NCBI GenBank assembly: GCA_037140955.1
Contig: JBAXDL010000002.1
Location: 28,176 to 92,175, forward strand
Source of the DNA: a bacterium
Lineage (GTDB): Bacteria > Patescibacteriota > Minisyncoccia > Moranbacterales > GWC2-37-73
Length of the DNA: 64,000 nt
Direction of reading: 5' to 3'
The notes beneath the pieces were generated by a model that ran no database searches, was not told the origin of the DNA, and saw only the letters and a list, made by a program, of their open reading frames with translations. Shown piece by piece: positions 38,185 to 48,610 of the stretch; the stretch's first letter is position 1, and each line of letters begins with the position of its first letter. The translations under genes were made by a program, and so were the position numbers.

Positions 38185-38697
38185 TTATTTCTGAGTATGG
38201 CACAGGTCATTAACAACACATAATTGATAGCAAAAATCAGGATCAATCATTGGCTCTGGTCCAGGCATTCCACCACAATGACCCAAAAGTTTTCTATTTT
38301 CATCATAAACTGTCCATGGCATATCAGTAACATTCCGCGGAGGCATCACCTTGAAATACTTTCCACATTGAAATACTCCACCATTTTCCTTTTTTTCACA
38401 CAGCTCCTCAGTGATATTTTTTTTCTCATTTGGACATGGTGCAAATTCACAATTTTCACCACTTCTACCAACATAAGTTTTTCCATCCTCACAGAGCTTG
38501 GCCTCCTGTGTGCACATGGTGACTTTTTTTTCAGCAGGCACTTGAGCCACTGGCTTTTGAATTTCCAAATTATTGTTTGTTGTATTTTGAATTTTGGATA
38601 TTGATTTGCTTTGCAACCAAAAAATTCCACCAACAACAACTGCGATGAGCAAAATAATTCCAACTGCAATTTCACTGGCAATTTTTTTGTTTGTCAT
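38185..38697 (-). CDS. Hypothetical N-terminally anchored, Cys-rich secreted protein (12 Cys)
   Basis: TM anchor IAVGIILLIAVVVGGIFWL, then an extracytoplasmic domain with CTQEAKLCEDG...CEFAPCP...CEKKENGGVFQCG... Confidence 0.4.
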   Translation of the reverse strand: MTNKKIASEIAVGIILLIAVVVGGIFWLQSKSISKIQNTTNNNLEIQKPVAQVPAEKKVTMCTQEAKLCEDGKTYVGRSGENCEFAPCPNEKKNITEELCEKKENGGVFQCGKYFKVMPPRNVTDMPWTVYDENRKLLGHCGGMPGPEPMIDPDFCYQLCVVNDLCHTQK

Positions 38698-38769
38698 TTT
38701 ATTTTTTTATATATTTATATATAAAAATTATACCACAAAAAAATGATATTCTAAAAAAATGTGTAGAAC

Positions 38770-38797
38770 CTGGATTCCCGCCTTAGTGGGAATGACA
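38770..38797. repeat. Third (solo) copy of the GIY-YIG-associated hairpin repeat
   Basis: ctggattcccgccttagtgggaatgaca. It shares ctggattcccg...gggaatgaca with the 23420-23447 arm; only the loop differs. Confidence 0.75.
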
Positions 38798-38842
38798 AAA
38801 ATAAAAAAACAGCCCCTTGCGAGACTGTTTTTGAAAAGTGTT

Positions 38843-39313
38843 TTATGCTTGATGCGATAATGATAAGTTTTCCAGCTTCACAACACGTTTTTCAAGTCTT
38901 TCAAATTCCTGGGCATCCACCTTGCGTTTGAGCTCAAATTTCACTTCGACCATATCATCCTGCAGCCTGTCTATCTTGGTTTCAACCAGTTCAAGTTTAT
39001 CATCAATTCCATCTAGCCTATTGTCTATGCCATCAAGCCTATTGTCGATTCCATCAAACCTACGGTCAATACCATCGAATCGCTTATCGATTGCCTCGAA
39101 TTTTTGATCAACATTTTCAAATTTAATCTCCATGCTTTCTGCAAGCGTTGAAAGATTTTCATCAAATCTCTCCATTAAGACACCCAATTGCTCGAATTTC
39201 CTATTAGTATTTTCAGATATAGCATTTAAGGACACATCAAATCTTTCAATCATCAAGCCAACCTCATTTGCAGTAAATGTTTTTTCTTCAGTTTTGTTTG
39301 ATTGTTTTTTCAT
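38843..39313 (-). CDS. Coiled-coil protein with tandem heptad repeats (RFDGID x5)
   Basis: KRFDGIDRRFDGIDNRLDGIDNRLDGIDDKLE, encoded by 21-bp tandem DNA repeats at about 39009-39092. Confidence 0.5.
   Translation of the reverse strand: MKKQSNKTEEKTFTANEVGLMIERFDVSLNAISENTNRKFEQLGVLMERFDENLSTLAESMEIKFENVDQKFEAIDKRFDGIDRRFDGIDNRLDGIDNRLDGIDDKLELVETKIDRLQDDMVEVKFELKRKVDAQEFERLEKRVVKLENLSLSHQA
39009..39092. repeat. 4 x 21-bp in-frame tandem repeat within the coiled-coil gene
   Basis: ccatctagcctattgtctatg / ccatcaagcctattgtcgatt / ccatcaaacctacggtcaata / ccatcgaatcgcttatcgatt. Confidence 0.8.
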
Positions 39314-39422
39314 ATGTTTATTGTTTAGTGAAGTGAGAGAAATGAAATAGCAATTTCATTTCCGAGCGAACGACAACAACAAGATTCCTCTTATTTTATA
39401 ATTATAAATCGACTGCGTCAAA

Positions 39423-39716
39423 TCAAGATAGATAAGTTTTTGCTTCTTCAAAAGTTGAAATGAAACTTGAAACATGGTCACCAAAGATCATCATGCGATT
39501 GGTCACTTTTTCACCTTTTTTGTTCTTATATAAATCAGTTATCGACAAACAATTGTTGCCATTACTGGTGAGTTTTACATCAAAGAAATAATTTTTGCCG
39601 CCAGCGCGCAGCAATTTTGAAAAAACTCTGTTTTGAACTTTGTCCTGAATTGGCATTTGCAATTGAGCTTGATTTTTGCTCTTTGCTTGATTTTTGATTT
39701 GATTTTGTTTTTGCAT
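39423..39716 (-). CDS. Bacterial PUR-alpha-like (DUF3276-type) nucleic-acid-binding protein
   Basis: VFSKLLRAGGKNYFFDVKLTSNGNNCLSITDLYKNKKGEK resembles the GRRTYFFDV...LTITE PUR repeat. Gln/Lys-rich N-terminus. Confidence 0.45.
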   Translation of the reverse strand: MQKQNQIKNQAKSKNQAQLQMPIQDKVQNRVFSKLLRAGGKNYFFDVKLTSNGNNCLSITDLYKNKKGEKVTNRMMIFGDHVSSFISTFEEAKTYLS

Positions 39717-39906
39717 ATTTTTTTCAATCCCATCAAATCAACTTGTTGGTAATTTGCTTGAGATTCTCTATTTATTATTTATTTTCTCTTTGAGCATTGG
39801 CCACTGCTCATGATGTTATTATATCACTGATATGTGACCACTGCAATAGTCTGCAATGTGGATAACTTGAGATGGGATGCCAATGTTGACATTTTTGCTT
39901 TCAATA

Positions 39907-39941
39907 AAACAAAAAAACAGCTTCTTGCGAAGCTGTTTTTT
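39907..39941 (-). terminator. Rho-independent terminator after fusA
   Basis: cagcttc-ttgc-gaagctg stem with A-run and T-run flanks. A similar hairpin aacagccccttgcgagactgtt lies at about 38803-38826. Confidence 0.5.
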
Positions 39942-39972
39942 GAAAGTGTCTTATTTTTCCTAAAACTAAAGA

Positions 39973-42060
39973 TTATTTTTTTGCAATAATTTCATCAGCA
40001 ACATTCTTTGGAACTTCATTGTAATTTGCAAATTCCATTGAATAACTAGCACGTCCCTGTGTCATTGAGCGCATTTGTGTGGCATAACCAAACATGTTTG
40101 CAAGAGGAACTTCAGATTCAATCTCTTTCACGCGCGCATTTCCCTCTCCACGATCATTAATTTCCTTGATCATTCCACGACGTGAGTTGATGTCACCCAC
40201 GATGTCACCCATGAATTGTTCTGGGCAAGTTACCACCACTTTCATGATCGGCTCAAGAATGATTGGGTTGGCACGTTTTACTGCTTCTTGAACTGCCATT
40301 GAACCAGCAATTTTGAAAGCTGCTTCATTGGAGTCAACTTCATGGAAAGATCCATCATACAAAGTCACCACAACATCAACCATTGGATATCCAGCAAGTA
40401 CACCATTTTCCAAAGCTTCTTTTGCTCCCACAGAAACTGGCTTGATGTATTCTTGTGGAATAACACCACCTTTAATTTCATCAAAGAATTCAAAGCCTTT
40501 GCCTTTTTCTTCTTGTGGGCGAACTTTGAGCCAGCAATGACCGTATTGTCCACGACCTCCGGATTGTTTGACATATTTTCCTTCAGCCTGAGCTTCTCCT
40601 TTGATTGTTTCGCGGTACGCAACTTGTGGTTGACCAATATTTGCTTCAACACCAAATTCTCTTTTCATACGATCAACAATAATATCAAGATGAAGTTCAC
40701 CCATTCCAGAGATAATTGTCTGTCCTGATTCTTCATCAGTTCGTAGACGCAGTGTTGGATCCTCACCAGCAAGCTTGCGAAGAGCAACTCCCATTTTTTC
40801 TTGATCAGCTTTGGTCTTTGGCTCAACAGCGATGTCGATAACCGGCTCTGGAAAAACAATATTTTCCAATTGAATTTGATTTGCTTCATCACAAAGAGTG
40901 TCACCAGTGGTTGTGTTTTTTAGTCCAACCAAGGCTCCGATTCCACCAGCGCGAATTTCATCAATTTCTTCACGATGATTTGCATGCATTTGCAGAATTC
41001 GTCCAATTCGTTCTCGCTCACCATTTGTTGAATTGATCACATATGAACCAGCTTTCAATGTTCCAGAATAAACACGGAAAAATGTTAGCTGTCCAACAAA
41101 AGGATCAGTTGCAACTTTGAAAGCCAAAGCAGAAAATGGTTCGTTGTCATCAGCGTGTCTTTCGATTTCCAATTCAGTCTTTGGGTCAGTTCCTTTGATT
41201 GAAGTCACATCCAATGGAGATGGAAGATAGTCAACTACTGCATCCAAAACCAATTGCACACCTTTGTTGCGAAGAGCTGTTCCAGTGAAAACTGGCACAA
41301 TCTTTGCATCAATAACGCCTTGGCGAAGTGCTGCTTTCAATTCATCAATTGAGATTTCTTCTCCGTTTAAATATTTTTCAGTAAGTTCATCATTTGTTTC
41401 AGAAACTTTTTCAACCATCTTTTCTCTCCAAGCTTGTGCTTTTTCCAAAAGCTCAGCAGGGATTTCACCTTCAACCACAATTTCACCCATAGGACCATCA
41501 AAAGAATATGCCTTCATTTTGATCAAATCAACCACACCAGAAAATTCATTTCGCTCTCCGATTGGCATTTGAAGCGCAATTGCATTTGGAGTCAAACGAT
41601 TCCAAATTGAACCAATCACAAAATCAAAATCAGCTCCTTCTTTGTCAATCTTGTTGATGAAACAAATTCGAGGAACCTTGTATTTGTCAGCCTGACGCCA
41701 AACTGTTTCTGATTGTGGCTCAACACCTTCTTTTCCATCGAAAATTACCACAGCACCATCAAGCACACGGAGTGATCGCTCAACCTCAACAGTGAAGTCA
41801 ACGTGTCCCGGAGTGTCAATGATGTTGATTGGATGACCTTTCCAGAAACATTTTGTGGCAGCAGATGTGATGGTGATTCCACGCTCTTGCTCTTGAGCCA
41901 TCCAGTCCATTGTTGCTGACCCATCATGAACCTCACCAATTTTGTGAGTAATTCCAGTGTAAAACAAAATACGCTCAGTGGTAGTGGTTTTTCCACCATC
42001 AATGTGAGCAATAATACCAATATTTCTTAATTTTGCGATTTCGCTAGTTTGGTCAGACAT
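39973..42060 (-). CDS. fusA: Elongation factor G
   Basis: [20 protein letters not shown]..., DTPGHVDF... 695 aa. Confidence 0.95.
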   Translation of the reverse strand: MSDQTSEIAKLRNIGIIAHIDGGKTTTTERILFYTGITHKIGEVHDGSATMDWMAQEQERGITITSAATKCFWKGHPINIIDTPGHVDFTVEVERSLRVLDGAVVIFDGKEGVEPQSETVWRQADKYKVPRICFINKIDKEGADFDFVIGSIWNRLTPNAIALQMPIGERNEFSGVVDLIKMKAYSFDGPMGEIVVEGEIPAELLEKAQAWREKMVEKVSETNDELTEKYLNGEEISIDELKAALRQGVIDAKIVPVFTGTALRNKGVQLVLDAVVDYLPSPLDVTSIKGTDPKTELEIERHADDNEPFSALAFKVATDPFVGQLTFFRVYSGTLKAGSYVINSTNGERERIGRILQMHANHREEIDEIRAGGIGALVGLKNTTTGDTLCDEANQIQLENIVFPEPVIDIAVEPKTKADQEKMGVALRKLAGEDPTLRLRTDEESGQTIISGMGELHLDIIVDRMKREFGVEANIGQPQVAYRETIKGEAQAEGKYVKQSGGRGQYGHCWLKVRPQEEKGKGFEFFDEIKGGVIPQEYIKPVSVGAKEALENGVLAGYPMVDVVVTLYDGSFHEVDSNEAAFKIAGSMAVQEAVKRANPIILEPIMKVVVTCPEQFMGDIVGDINSRRGMIKEINDRGEGNARVKEIESEVPLANMFGYATQMRSMTQGRASYSMEFANYNEVPKNVADEIIAKK

Positions 42061-42248
42061 AGTTCATTAAATTTCTAATTTCTAATTTACAATTTCTAAT
42101 CAAATCCCAATTCATTAATTGATACATTAAAGAATTCAAAATTCATTCAAAATTCAAAATTCAAAATTCAAAATTTTTATTATTAATTTTTGTTGATTAT
42201 ATAAACAAAGATAGAAACTCCCCATGAAAGAAGTTTCTATCATAAATA

Positions 42249-42716
42249 CTAAGCGAAGTGGGCAAATGCCTTGTTTGCTTCAGCCATTCGGTGAGTGTCA
42301 TCGCGCTTCTTCATTGCTGATCCAACCTTGTTTGATCCATCAATAAGCTCATCCGCAAGTTTCTCAGCCATTCTCTTGCCCTTTTTTGCTCGGCATGCTG
42401 TCAAAATCCAACGAACTGCAAGTGTTTGACGTCGTTCACCAGAAACTTGAATTGGAACTTGGTAGTTTGCACCACCAACTCTTTTTGATTTAAGTTCAAG
42501 CAGTGGAGAAATATTCTTGATTGCTTGTTCGAAAACATTCAATCCACCTTTTTTGGTTCGCTCATGAATAACATCAAAGCAATCATAGATAACTCTTTCT
42601 GCAACACTTCTTTTTCCGTCTTGCATAACGTTACCAATAAAGCGTCCAACCAAGATATTTCCATATCGTGAGTCAGGTTTCCATTGTTTTACAAATGTTC
42701 TTTTTCTTCGTGCCAT
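42249..42716 (-). CDS. rpsG: 30S ribosomal protein S7
   Basis: MARRKRTFVKQWKPDSRYGN... Confidence 0.9.
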   Translation of the reverse strand: MARRKRTFVKQWKPDSRYGNILVGRFIGNVMQDGKRSVAERVIYDCFDVIHERTKKGGLNVFEQAIKNISPLLELKSKRVGGANYQVPIQVSGERRQTLAVRWILTACRAKKGKRMAEKLADELIDGSNKVGSAMKKRDDTHRMAEANKAFAHFA

Positions 42717-42868
42717 AAATTCAATTAATTTCTAATTTTGTAATTTTGTAATTTTTAAATAATTTTTTAATTTCTTAATGCTTTAAGCATTGAAGAATTT
42801 GAATTTATTTAAAAATTAAAAATTGTAAAAATTAAAAATTGTAAGTCCTAATCTTTAATTATATATAA

Positions 42869-43291
42869 TTATTCAGTCTTTGCTTTTGGACGTTTTGCGC
42901 CATATTTTGAGCGTGAACGATTTCTCTTTTCCACACCAGCACTATCCAAAACTCCACGCACGATGTGATATCGAACACCTGGAAGATCCTTCACTCTTCC
43001 TCCACGGATCATCACGATTGAATGTTCTTGCAAATTGTGACCAATTCCAGGAATGTAAGCTGTAACTTCCATACCATTGGTAAGTCGAACTCTAGCAATC
43101 TTTCGAAGAGCTGAGTTAGGTTTCTTTGGTGTGGTTGTACTAACTTTAATACAAACACCACGCTTAAATGGGTTTACAGTTTTCTTGGGCTTGTTTTGCA
43201 AAGTATTAAAAGTCATCGTCATTGCTGGCGATTTTGTTTTCTTTACTGCAGATTTTCGGCTTTTTTTCACTAACTGATTGATTGTTGGCAT
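42869..43291 (-). CDS. rpsL: 30S ribosomal protein S12 (with short internal insertion)
   Basis: [13 protein letters not shown]...[10 protein letters not shown]... Confidence 0.9.
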   Translation of the reverse strand: MPTINQLVKKSRKSAVKKTKSPAMTMTFNTLQNKPKKTVNPFKRGVCIKVSTTTPKKPNSALRKIARVRLTNGMEVTAYIPGIGHNLQEHSIVMIRGGRVKDLPGVRYHIVRGVLDSAGVEKRNRSRSKYGAKRPKAKTE

Positions 43292-43623
43292 AACGCGCTT
43301 CGCTTTAATTTCTAATTTCTAATTTCTAATTTCTAATCAAATCTTAATGACCAAATTTCAAAAAATAAAATTGAAAAATTATAAGTTCAATTTTTAATTA
43401 CTTGTAAATACACAAAAATTCTCCTAAAAAACCCTTATTGCAAAAGCAATAAGCAAAAATATGATGCTATTTTGAAATCCCAACCAGAACGAAGTGAGCC
43501 TCAAATAACATCTTTTTATACAAAAAACAGCTAGTAAACTAGCAAAACTATTCTACACAATTATCAAATTTATGTCAACCATGAGCAGCTTTTTAGGCAT
43601 CAAAATTCGAAAAATCCAAAAAA

Positions 43624-44316
43624 TTAGACTGCGAGCTTAAAAAAGATGTTTAGCATGGTGTTTATAAAAATTCCAAGTGGTCCGGAAAAAATGAAAATAA
43701 ACAACAATAAAAGCATAAATCCATATTGCTCAAACATCATCATAACCTCATTTCGCATAGGAAAAATTGCAAACAAGAGTTTTGAACCATCCAATGGTGG
43801 AAATGGTATCAAATTAAAAAACGCCAAAATAACGTTCCAAAAGACCACTATCATGGAAAGTTCAAAGAAAATAGAGCCAACTGAGCCTGATATTAGCGTG
43901 GAAACATTACTCCATTTGTCAAAACTACGAATTATCTCGATCTTAACAGCAGCTGGAATTGCAATTGAATGCGCAATCATCGCAAAAACAAAGGCAATGA
44001 TAATGTTTGAGAGTGGTCCTCCAAGTGCCACCAAGGATGGTCCCCACTTTTGATCCTTGAGATTATAGGGATTGTATGGCACTGGCTTGGCCCAACCAAA
44101 AGCAAGACCAGTGCTAATAAACATGAGCAATGGCACAATAACAGATCCCCATGGATCAATGTGCTTTATTGGGTTAAAATTAAGCCTGTCAGCATATTTT
44201 GCCGTTGAATCACCAAGCCAAAGAGCCACAAAGCCGTGAGCAACTTCATGAATGATGATCGTATAAACCAAGATCAAAATGTAAAATCCAATAAGAACAA
44301 TTGAATTTAAATCCAT
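43624..44316 (-). CDS. Site-2 protease family (M50) intramembrane zinc metalloprotease
   Basis: HEVAHG (HExxH) within the first TM helix region, six TM helices, a downstream LDG motif (PFPPLDGSK). Confidence 0.7.
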   Translation of the reverse strand: MDLNSIVLIGFYILILVYTIIIHEVAHGFVALWLGDSTAKYADRLNFNPIKHIDPWGSVIVPLLMFISTGLAFGWAKPVPYNPYNLKDQKWGPSLVALGGPLSNIIIAFVFAMIAHSIAIPAAVKIEIIRSFDKWSNVSTLISGSVGSIFFELSMIVVFWNVILAFFNLIPFPPLDGSKLLFAIFPMRNEVMMMFEQYGFMLLLLFIFIFSGPLGIFINTMLNIFFKLAV

Positions 44317-44421
44317 AAATTTAATTTAAGATGTTTTTAGATGTTTGGCTCTTGTCAAAACTCAATATATATGATACACTGAGTTCTGTAATAAATCAAC
44401 CGCTTATAACGACTAATAACT

Positions 44422-44595
44422 ATGAGTAAAACATGCAGCGTGTGTGGCCGCGGAACAATTGCTGGAAATTCCCGAAGTCATTCAAATATCGCATCTAAAA
44501 GGAAATTCTCTATCAATATTCAAACAAAAAAGATTGATGGAAAGAAAGCTAAGGTTTGCACCAAGTGCATCAAAACTGAAAACAAAGAAGCTTAG
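44422..44595 (+). CDS. rpmB: 50S ribosomal protein L28 (57 aa; below the ORF-track cutoff, found by hand translation)
   Basis: atgagtaaaacatgcagcgtgtgtggccgc... translates to MSKTCSVCGRGTIAGNSRSHSNIASKRKFSINIQTKKIDGKKAKVCTKCIKTENKEA. L28 motifs C.VCG and NxxSHS..[KR][KR]F. Confidence 0.8.
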   Translation: MSKTCSVCGRGTIAGNSRSHSNIASKRKFSINIQTKKIDGKKAKVCTKCIKTENKEA

Positions 44596-44612
44596 TTTTC
44601 TACTTCATATAA

Positions 44613-44646
44613 AAATCCCCTTTCGCAAGATTGGGGATTTTTTAAT
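44613..44646 (+). terminator. Rho-independent terminator after rpmB
   Basis: aaatcccc-tttcgcaagatt-ggggattt followed by ttttt. Confidence 0.6.
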
Positions 44647-44699
44647 TGGCCTTCAAAATTTCTAATTTTGTCCGGACAATATATACCCGGAGGGTGTGT

Positions 44700-45026
44700 T
44701 TATTTCTTTTTTTCTATTTCTTTTCCAGATTCAACATCTTTCTTTTTTTTCTCAACTTTTAATATTCTCGACAAATAAAGTGAAACTGACACAACAACGA
44801 TGGTTAAAATAAAGGCGTATAAAAATTTGGCTCGCAAGCCATTTCCAGAGTCAGCAAAGAATCTGTCAATGAACGCCTTAATAGCATCATTCCAAGCCAA
44901 ACCTGCCACAAGTCCAAAACTTGTGATGATGTACCCTAGTGTTTTTTCACGAACTTCCTTTTCAAGTTCAGCGCCTCGGCTTTTAATTGTGACTATTTTT
45001 TCGGTGATTTTTGCCATTTTACTCAT
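44700..45026 (-). CDS. Small hypothetical membrane protein (two TM helices, Lys/Glu-rich tail)
   Basis: GYIITSFGLVAGLAWNDAI... Family not recognised. Confidence 0.35.
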   Translation of the reverse strand: MSKMAKITEKIVTIKSRGAELEKEVREKTLGYIITSFGLVAGLAWNDAIKAFIDRFFADSGNGLRAKFLYAFILTIVVVSVSLYLSRILKVEKKKKDVESGKEIEKKK

Positions 45027-45063
45027 GGTTAATGATTACGAAAAATTTAAAAACTTCTTTCAA

Positions 45064-45726
45064 TCAGAAAAGTCTTGCGGCTGGTTTTTCAAAAACCATT
45101 TTGCGATATACTGCGCGAGTCGTTTCCACATCGCGTTTGCAATATTCCAAAATGTCATTCACTTTTCCATCTGCAAAAAATTGCGCTACTTGCGAACCAT
45201 CAATGCCATCCTTTGGTGAAGGAATGTCCAAGGCTAATGCAAGATATTCTAAACCAACACTTGAATTTGACCATTTTACCCATTCTTTCATGGTGTCAAA
45301 AATTGGATAGTTTCGATAACGCACAAAATTCAAATCAGCAGTTGGCTTAACATTCAAAATTATTGAACGTTGATAAATGAAACGCAAATCAAAGTCCATC
45401 ACATTGTGACCGACAAACAAAATTCCATAGTCAGTGCCTTGATATCCTTGTTTGGGAGAACTCAATGCATCAACCAAGTGCCAAAATTGTTGCAAGGTTT
45501 CTTTTTCATTATTTTCATTGTAAAAATTTTGTGGCGCATCATCATCAACGGCATACCCAATACATAAAATTCTACCAAAAGCTCCATCAAAATTTGTTTT
45601 GGTCACAAACTCATCAAATTTTTCCTGATCAAACTCGGGATTTTTTTTGTCAAAGAGTGTTCGCAGTGTCTCCATTTTCGATTCATCCGCCGGCAACGTT
45701 TCAATGTCTAAAAATAATTTACGCAT
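45064..45726 (-). CDS. Predicted 3'-5' exonuclease (DnaQ-like / RNase H-fold; PolB-exonuclease-related)
   Basis: LFLDIETLP (Exo I, DxE), HNVMDFDLRF (Exo II), YCKRDVETT (Exo III, YxxxD). Start at the internal Met MRKLF. Confidence 0.6.
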   Translation of the reverse strand: MRKLFLDIETLPADESKMETLRTLFDKKNPEFDQEKFDEFVTKTNFDGAFGRILCIGYAVDDDAPQNFYNENNEKETLQQFWHLVDALSSPKQGYQGTDYGILFVGHNVMDFDLRFIYQRSIILNVKPTADLNFVRYRNYPIFDTMKEWVKWSNSSVGLEYLALALDIPSPKDGIDGSQVAQFFADGKVNDILEYCKRDVETTRAVYRKMVFEKPAARLF

Positions 45727-45802
45727 AGATTTTGTATTGATTGAAAATTTTATTGTTGATTTTTTTATTATAACACGAAAAAGCAAGTTTAAATGAAAAA
45801 AA

Positions 45803-46513
45803 TTAGAGCAGCTTCAATTGTGAGACTATTTTTTCATAATCAGGAAAAGTCTGTGCCACTAGACTCCAAAACCTTTTGCTATGATTAAATTCTTTCAAAT
45901 GGCAAAGCTCATGCACGATAATATAGTCAGCATGACGTTGTGGCAAAAGTAATATCTTGTAGTTGAAATTCAAATTACCTTTCGATGAACATGATCCCCA
46001 GCGAGTTTTTTGATTTCGAATTGCCACGCTTCCATATTTAAAACCATAAAATTCGGCATATTTCTCCAGTCTTCTGGTCACCATTTCTCTAGCATGTTCC
46101 TTGAGCTTGGTGTATTCAACTTGGTCGTGCCTAGCAAAAAGACTATTTTTGCCAATTTTTTTCATGGCTTTCATTTTTTCCAGCACCCAAGCGGCATTTT
46201 TTCGAATAAACTCATCAGCGCTAACAAAACCCATGCGCCATGGCAAAGTCACGGTGCAATTTCCATCACAAGAAATGACCAATTTAAGCCTTTTTGCGGT
46301 CCGGTGCTTTCGTACAGTATATTCAATTTTTTCGCTAAAAAGCGTCATTTTTTTCTGAACAGTCATCTTGTTTTTCGTTTGGACATTATTAACTTTTTCA
46401 TCCCTATCAAGCCATTGCTGCAATGAAATGCCATCATTTAGGGAAAAACTATTTCCACCAAGAGATGACATTGACAAACAAACATTAAAATGTTTTAATA
46501 TGTTTTTTCTCAT
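45803..46513 (-). CDS. YgjP/DUF45-family (M48-like, WLM-like) metallohydrolase
   Basis: C-terminal IIVHELCHLKEFNHSKRFWSLV (HExxH...H). The true start may be an internal Met. Confidence 0.6.
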   Translation of the reverse strand: MRKNILKHFNVCLSMSSLGGNSFSLNDGISLQQWLDRDEKVNNVQTKNKMTVQKKMTLFSEKIEYTVRKHRTAKRLKLVISCDGNCTVTLPWRMGFVSADEFIRKNAAWVLEKMKAMKKIGKNSLFARHDQVEYTKLKEHAREMVTRRLEKYAEFYGFKYGSVAIRNQKTRWGSCSSKGNLNFNYKILLLPQRHADYIIVHELCHLKEFNHSKRFWSLVAQTFPDYEKIVSQLKLL

Positions 46514-47724
46514 TATTGCTTGATCAATACGTTATACCTTGCGGTTGATTTATTGTAAAGGGAAACACTATTATTGTATTTTTTTACATCTTTCTTGTAA
46601 TTTTCAAGAAAATCATTAAAATGACCAACCATTTTGTTGTATTTTTCAACATCAGCACTACTGTTTGAATTTTCTAGGGTTTTTTTCATGTCTGACAATT
46701 TTTTTTCTTCATTTGAAATTGATTTTTTTTGAGCTTGCAAATCAATCAATGAATTGGCAATATTTTTTTTGAGAATATCAATTTCTTTGCTGATTTTTTT
46801 CGTTTCAATAATCCCGGCATATTCCTTGCCAGTTGTTTTTTGATATATAGTTACCTGTCCAAGTTGTTGCAGTTTCAGCTGTTGCCCTTGACTTGCATCA
46901 AATATTGCCAAATCACCTGCGTCAACTGTTTTATTACTGTTAGAATCAAAGGATGGAATAATTCCAATCTTGTTGCCAACACTTGTTGTTTCACTATAAC
47001 AGTAACCAGAGCCATAGGTTGAATATTCTTTTAGACATTGCACGCCGATCGCCATATGATTGTCCTGCTCATAAGCAAAAATTGCAGTGCCATAACCAAG
47101 CTCCCTTAAAATTGCAATTGCAAGCAAACTCTTGTCAGAGCAAACACCAGACTGTTGATACAAAAGCTCATAGGGATATAGCACAGTTTCACTTCCAATT
47201 GAGGCTAAAATGTTTTTTGCTTTCGCGTCGTCATATTTGATTGCCTGAACAAAAGCCAACACCAAATCAACAATTTGGTCGTCGCTAAGTTTGTGAGCTT
47301 TTCCAAGCGCTTGAATTTCCAGGGCAAGTTTTGCAATGGAATCATCATTTGCATTTGCCTTCAAGAACATGGCGTAATAATCATCTTGCCAATTTGCTTT
47401 GATTTCACCTTCATAAAAATATGCCTTTGGCTGCAGATTGTAATACTTATATACCGATTCAAAAAGTTTTTCCTTTAAGGAATATTTCACTCCCCTATAT
47501 TCCCAATTGAAATCGCGAGAAACCTGATTCTCCATGACAGGAAAAACAGCTTCTTGCGGCTTTACAGTCAAAGACGCTTCTGACCCCGTTGCTAATTGTT
47601 CAATTGCAGTCACCATTTGGCCTATATTTTCAAAATTCTTTTTTTGGTACACATACAAAAGAAGACCGCCAATCAAAGCCAGCTCAATCAAAACTATTCC
47701 TATTTTCCGTAGCAAATTAACCAT
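46513..47724 (-). CDS. N-terminally anchored protein with transglutaminase-like Cys-protease core, coiled-coil C-terminus
   Basis: GVCSDKSLLAIAILRELGY...HMAIGV (a Cys...His arrangement), TM anchor IGIVLIELALIGGLLLYV. Confidence 0.4.
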   Translation of the reverse strand: MVNLLRKIGIVLIELALIGGLLLYVYQKKNFENIGQMVTAIEQLATGSEASLTVKPQEAVFPVMENQVSRDFNWEYRGVKYSLKEKLFESVYKYYNLQPKAYFYEGEIKANWQDDYYAMFLKANANDDSIAKLALEIQALGKAHKLSDDQIVDLVLAFVQAIKYDDAKAKNILASIGSETVLYPYELLYQQSGVCSDKSLLAIAILRELGYGTAIFAYEQDNHMAIGVQCLKEYSTYGSGYCYSETTSVGNKIGIIPSFDSNSNKTVDAGDLAIFDASQGQQLKLQQLGQVTIYQKTTGKEYAGIIETKKISKEIDILKKNIANSLIDLQAQKKSISNEEKKLSDMKKTLENSNSSADVEKYNKMVGHFNDFLENYKKDVKKYNNSVSLYNKSTARYNVLIKQ

Positions 47725-47936
47725 TAGTATGCTATTTTTTATTTGATATTGTGTAATACGCCAAATTCACGTTGTTTCATTTTGATATTGCCAAAATTTA
47801 CAATTAGCATGGGAATTCGTGTGAGATTATTTTTATCGAAACATTGAATTCTAATTACAAGCATAGCAATATTTTGAAAAAGAAAAAAGGGATATTCTAT
47901 AATAAGAATATCCCTTTTATTTACTGCTGGAGAAAA

Positions 47937-48206
47937 CTAGGCAACTTCTGCCTCTGATATGAATAATTCATTTAACAATCTCTTTGACGGATTTGCGTTA
48001 AGCAGCATGCGCTTTAATGCTCCATCAATTTTGACGTTATGGACATAGTACAAATGAAGAATTCGCTCCTCTATTTGACTTTTTCCACTGTAATGATTTT
48101 CCGGAATATTAGCTAACTTCCGGATCGTATTATGCATATTTACTGAGTGCTTTGAACTCTGGCGAACTTCAACCTCTCTCTTCAAACTTCTTAAGCATCC
48201 TTGCAT
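47937..48206 (-). CDS. Hypothetical 89-aa protein with a strong Shine-Dalgarno
   Basis: AAAAGGGGG is 6 nt upstream of the ATG, which is rare in this genome. No family recognised. Confidence 0.35.
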   Translation of the reverse strand: MQGCLRSLKREVEVRQSSKHSVNMHNTIRKLANIPENHYSGKSQIEERILHLYYVHNVKIDGALKRMLLNANPSKRLLNELFISEAEVA

Positions 48207-48224
48207 GACTTGCCCCCTTTTAAT

Positions 48225-48479
48225 TTAACCTCTGAAGTTAACAGCATCCTGAACACAAAGCCCAAGACTTTTCCTCAAAAAAATTGCATCCACCATTAGC
48301 TTATGGATCGTTTCCATAGTGTTGCCATTGCCGTATTGGAAAACAGCAATTTCTTTTTCAACAAATTCAAGCTGCTTTCTTGCATTCTCCCTTTGAAAAT
48401 TTCTTTCTTTTTCAATGGTCATTTTGATTTTTAGCTCCTCTTTTTTTCTTCTTAGTCGCATGTTTTTCTCCTTTTTCAT
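48225..48479 (-). CDS. Hypothetical 84-aa basic protein. Same frame as the next gene downstream, separated from it by TAA + 18 nt
   Basis: Lys/Arg/Glu-rich N-terminus. No family recognised. Confidence 0.3.
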   Translation of the reverse strand: MKKEKNMRLRRKKEELKIKMTIEKERNFQRENARKQLEFVEKEIAVFQYGNGNTMETIHKLMVDAIFLRKSLGLCVQDAVNFRG

Positions 48480-48610
48480 TTTTTAAACAACAGAATATAT
48501 TTGCCAATGGCAAATATTTGATACCAAATCATTATACATTTTTTTGACTTTTTGTCAAGACAAACAAAAAACCGGCCACATTAGCCGGTTTTTCAATATC
48601 TCAATTGATA

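Noticed and set aside
36747-42060. Possibility of an alternative genetic code (UGA recoding), common in some CPR lineages
   Set aside because: tuf, fusA, secY and all the ribosomal genes read as full-length proteins with standard stops, and the UGA-containing frames look like non-coding sequence.
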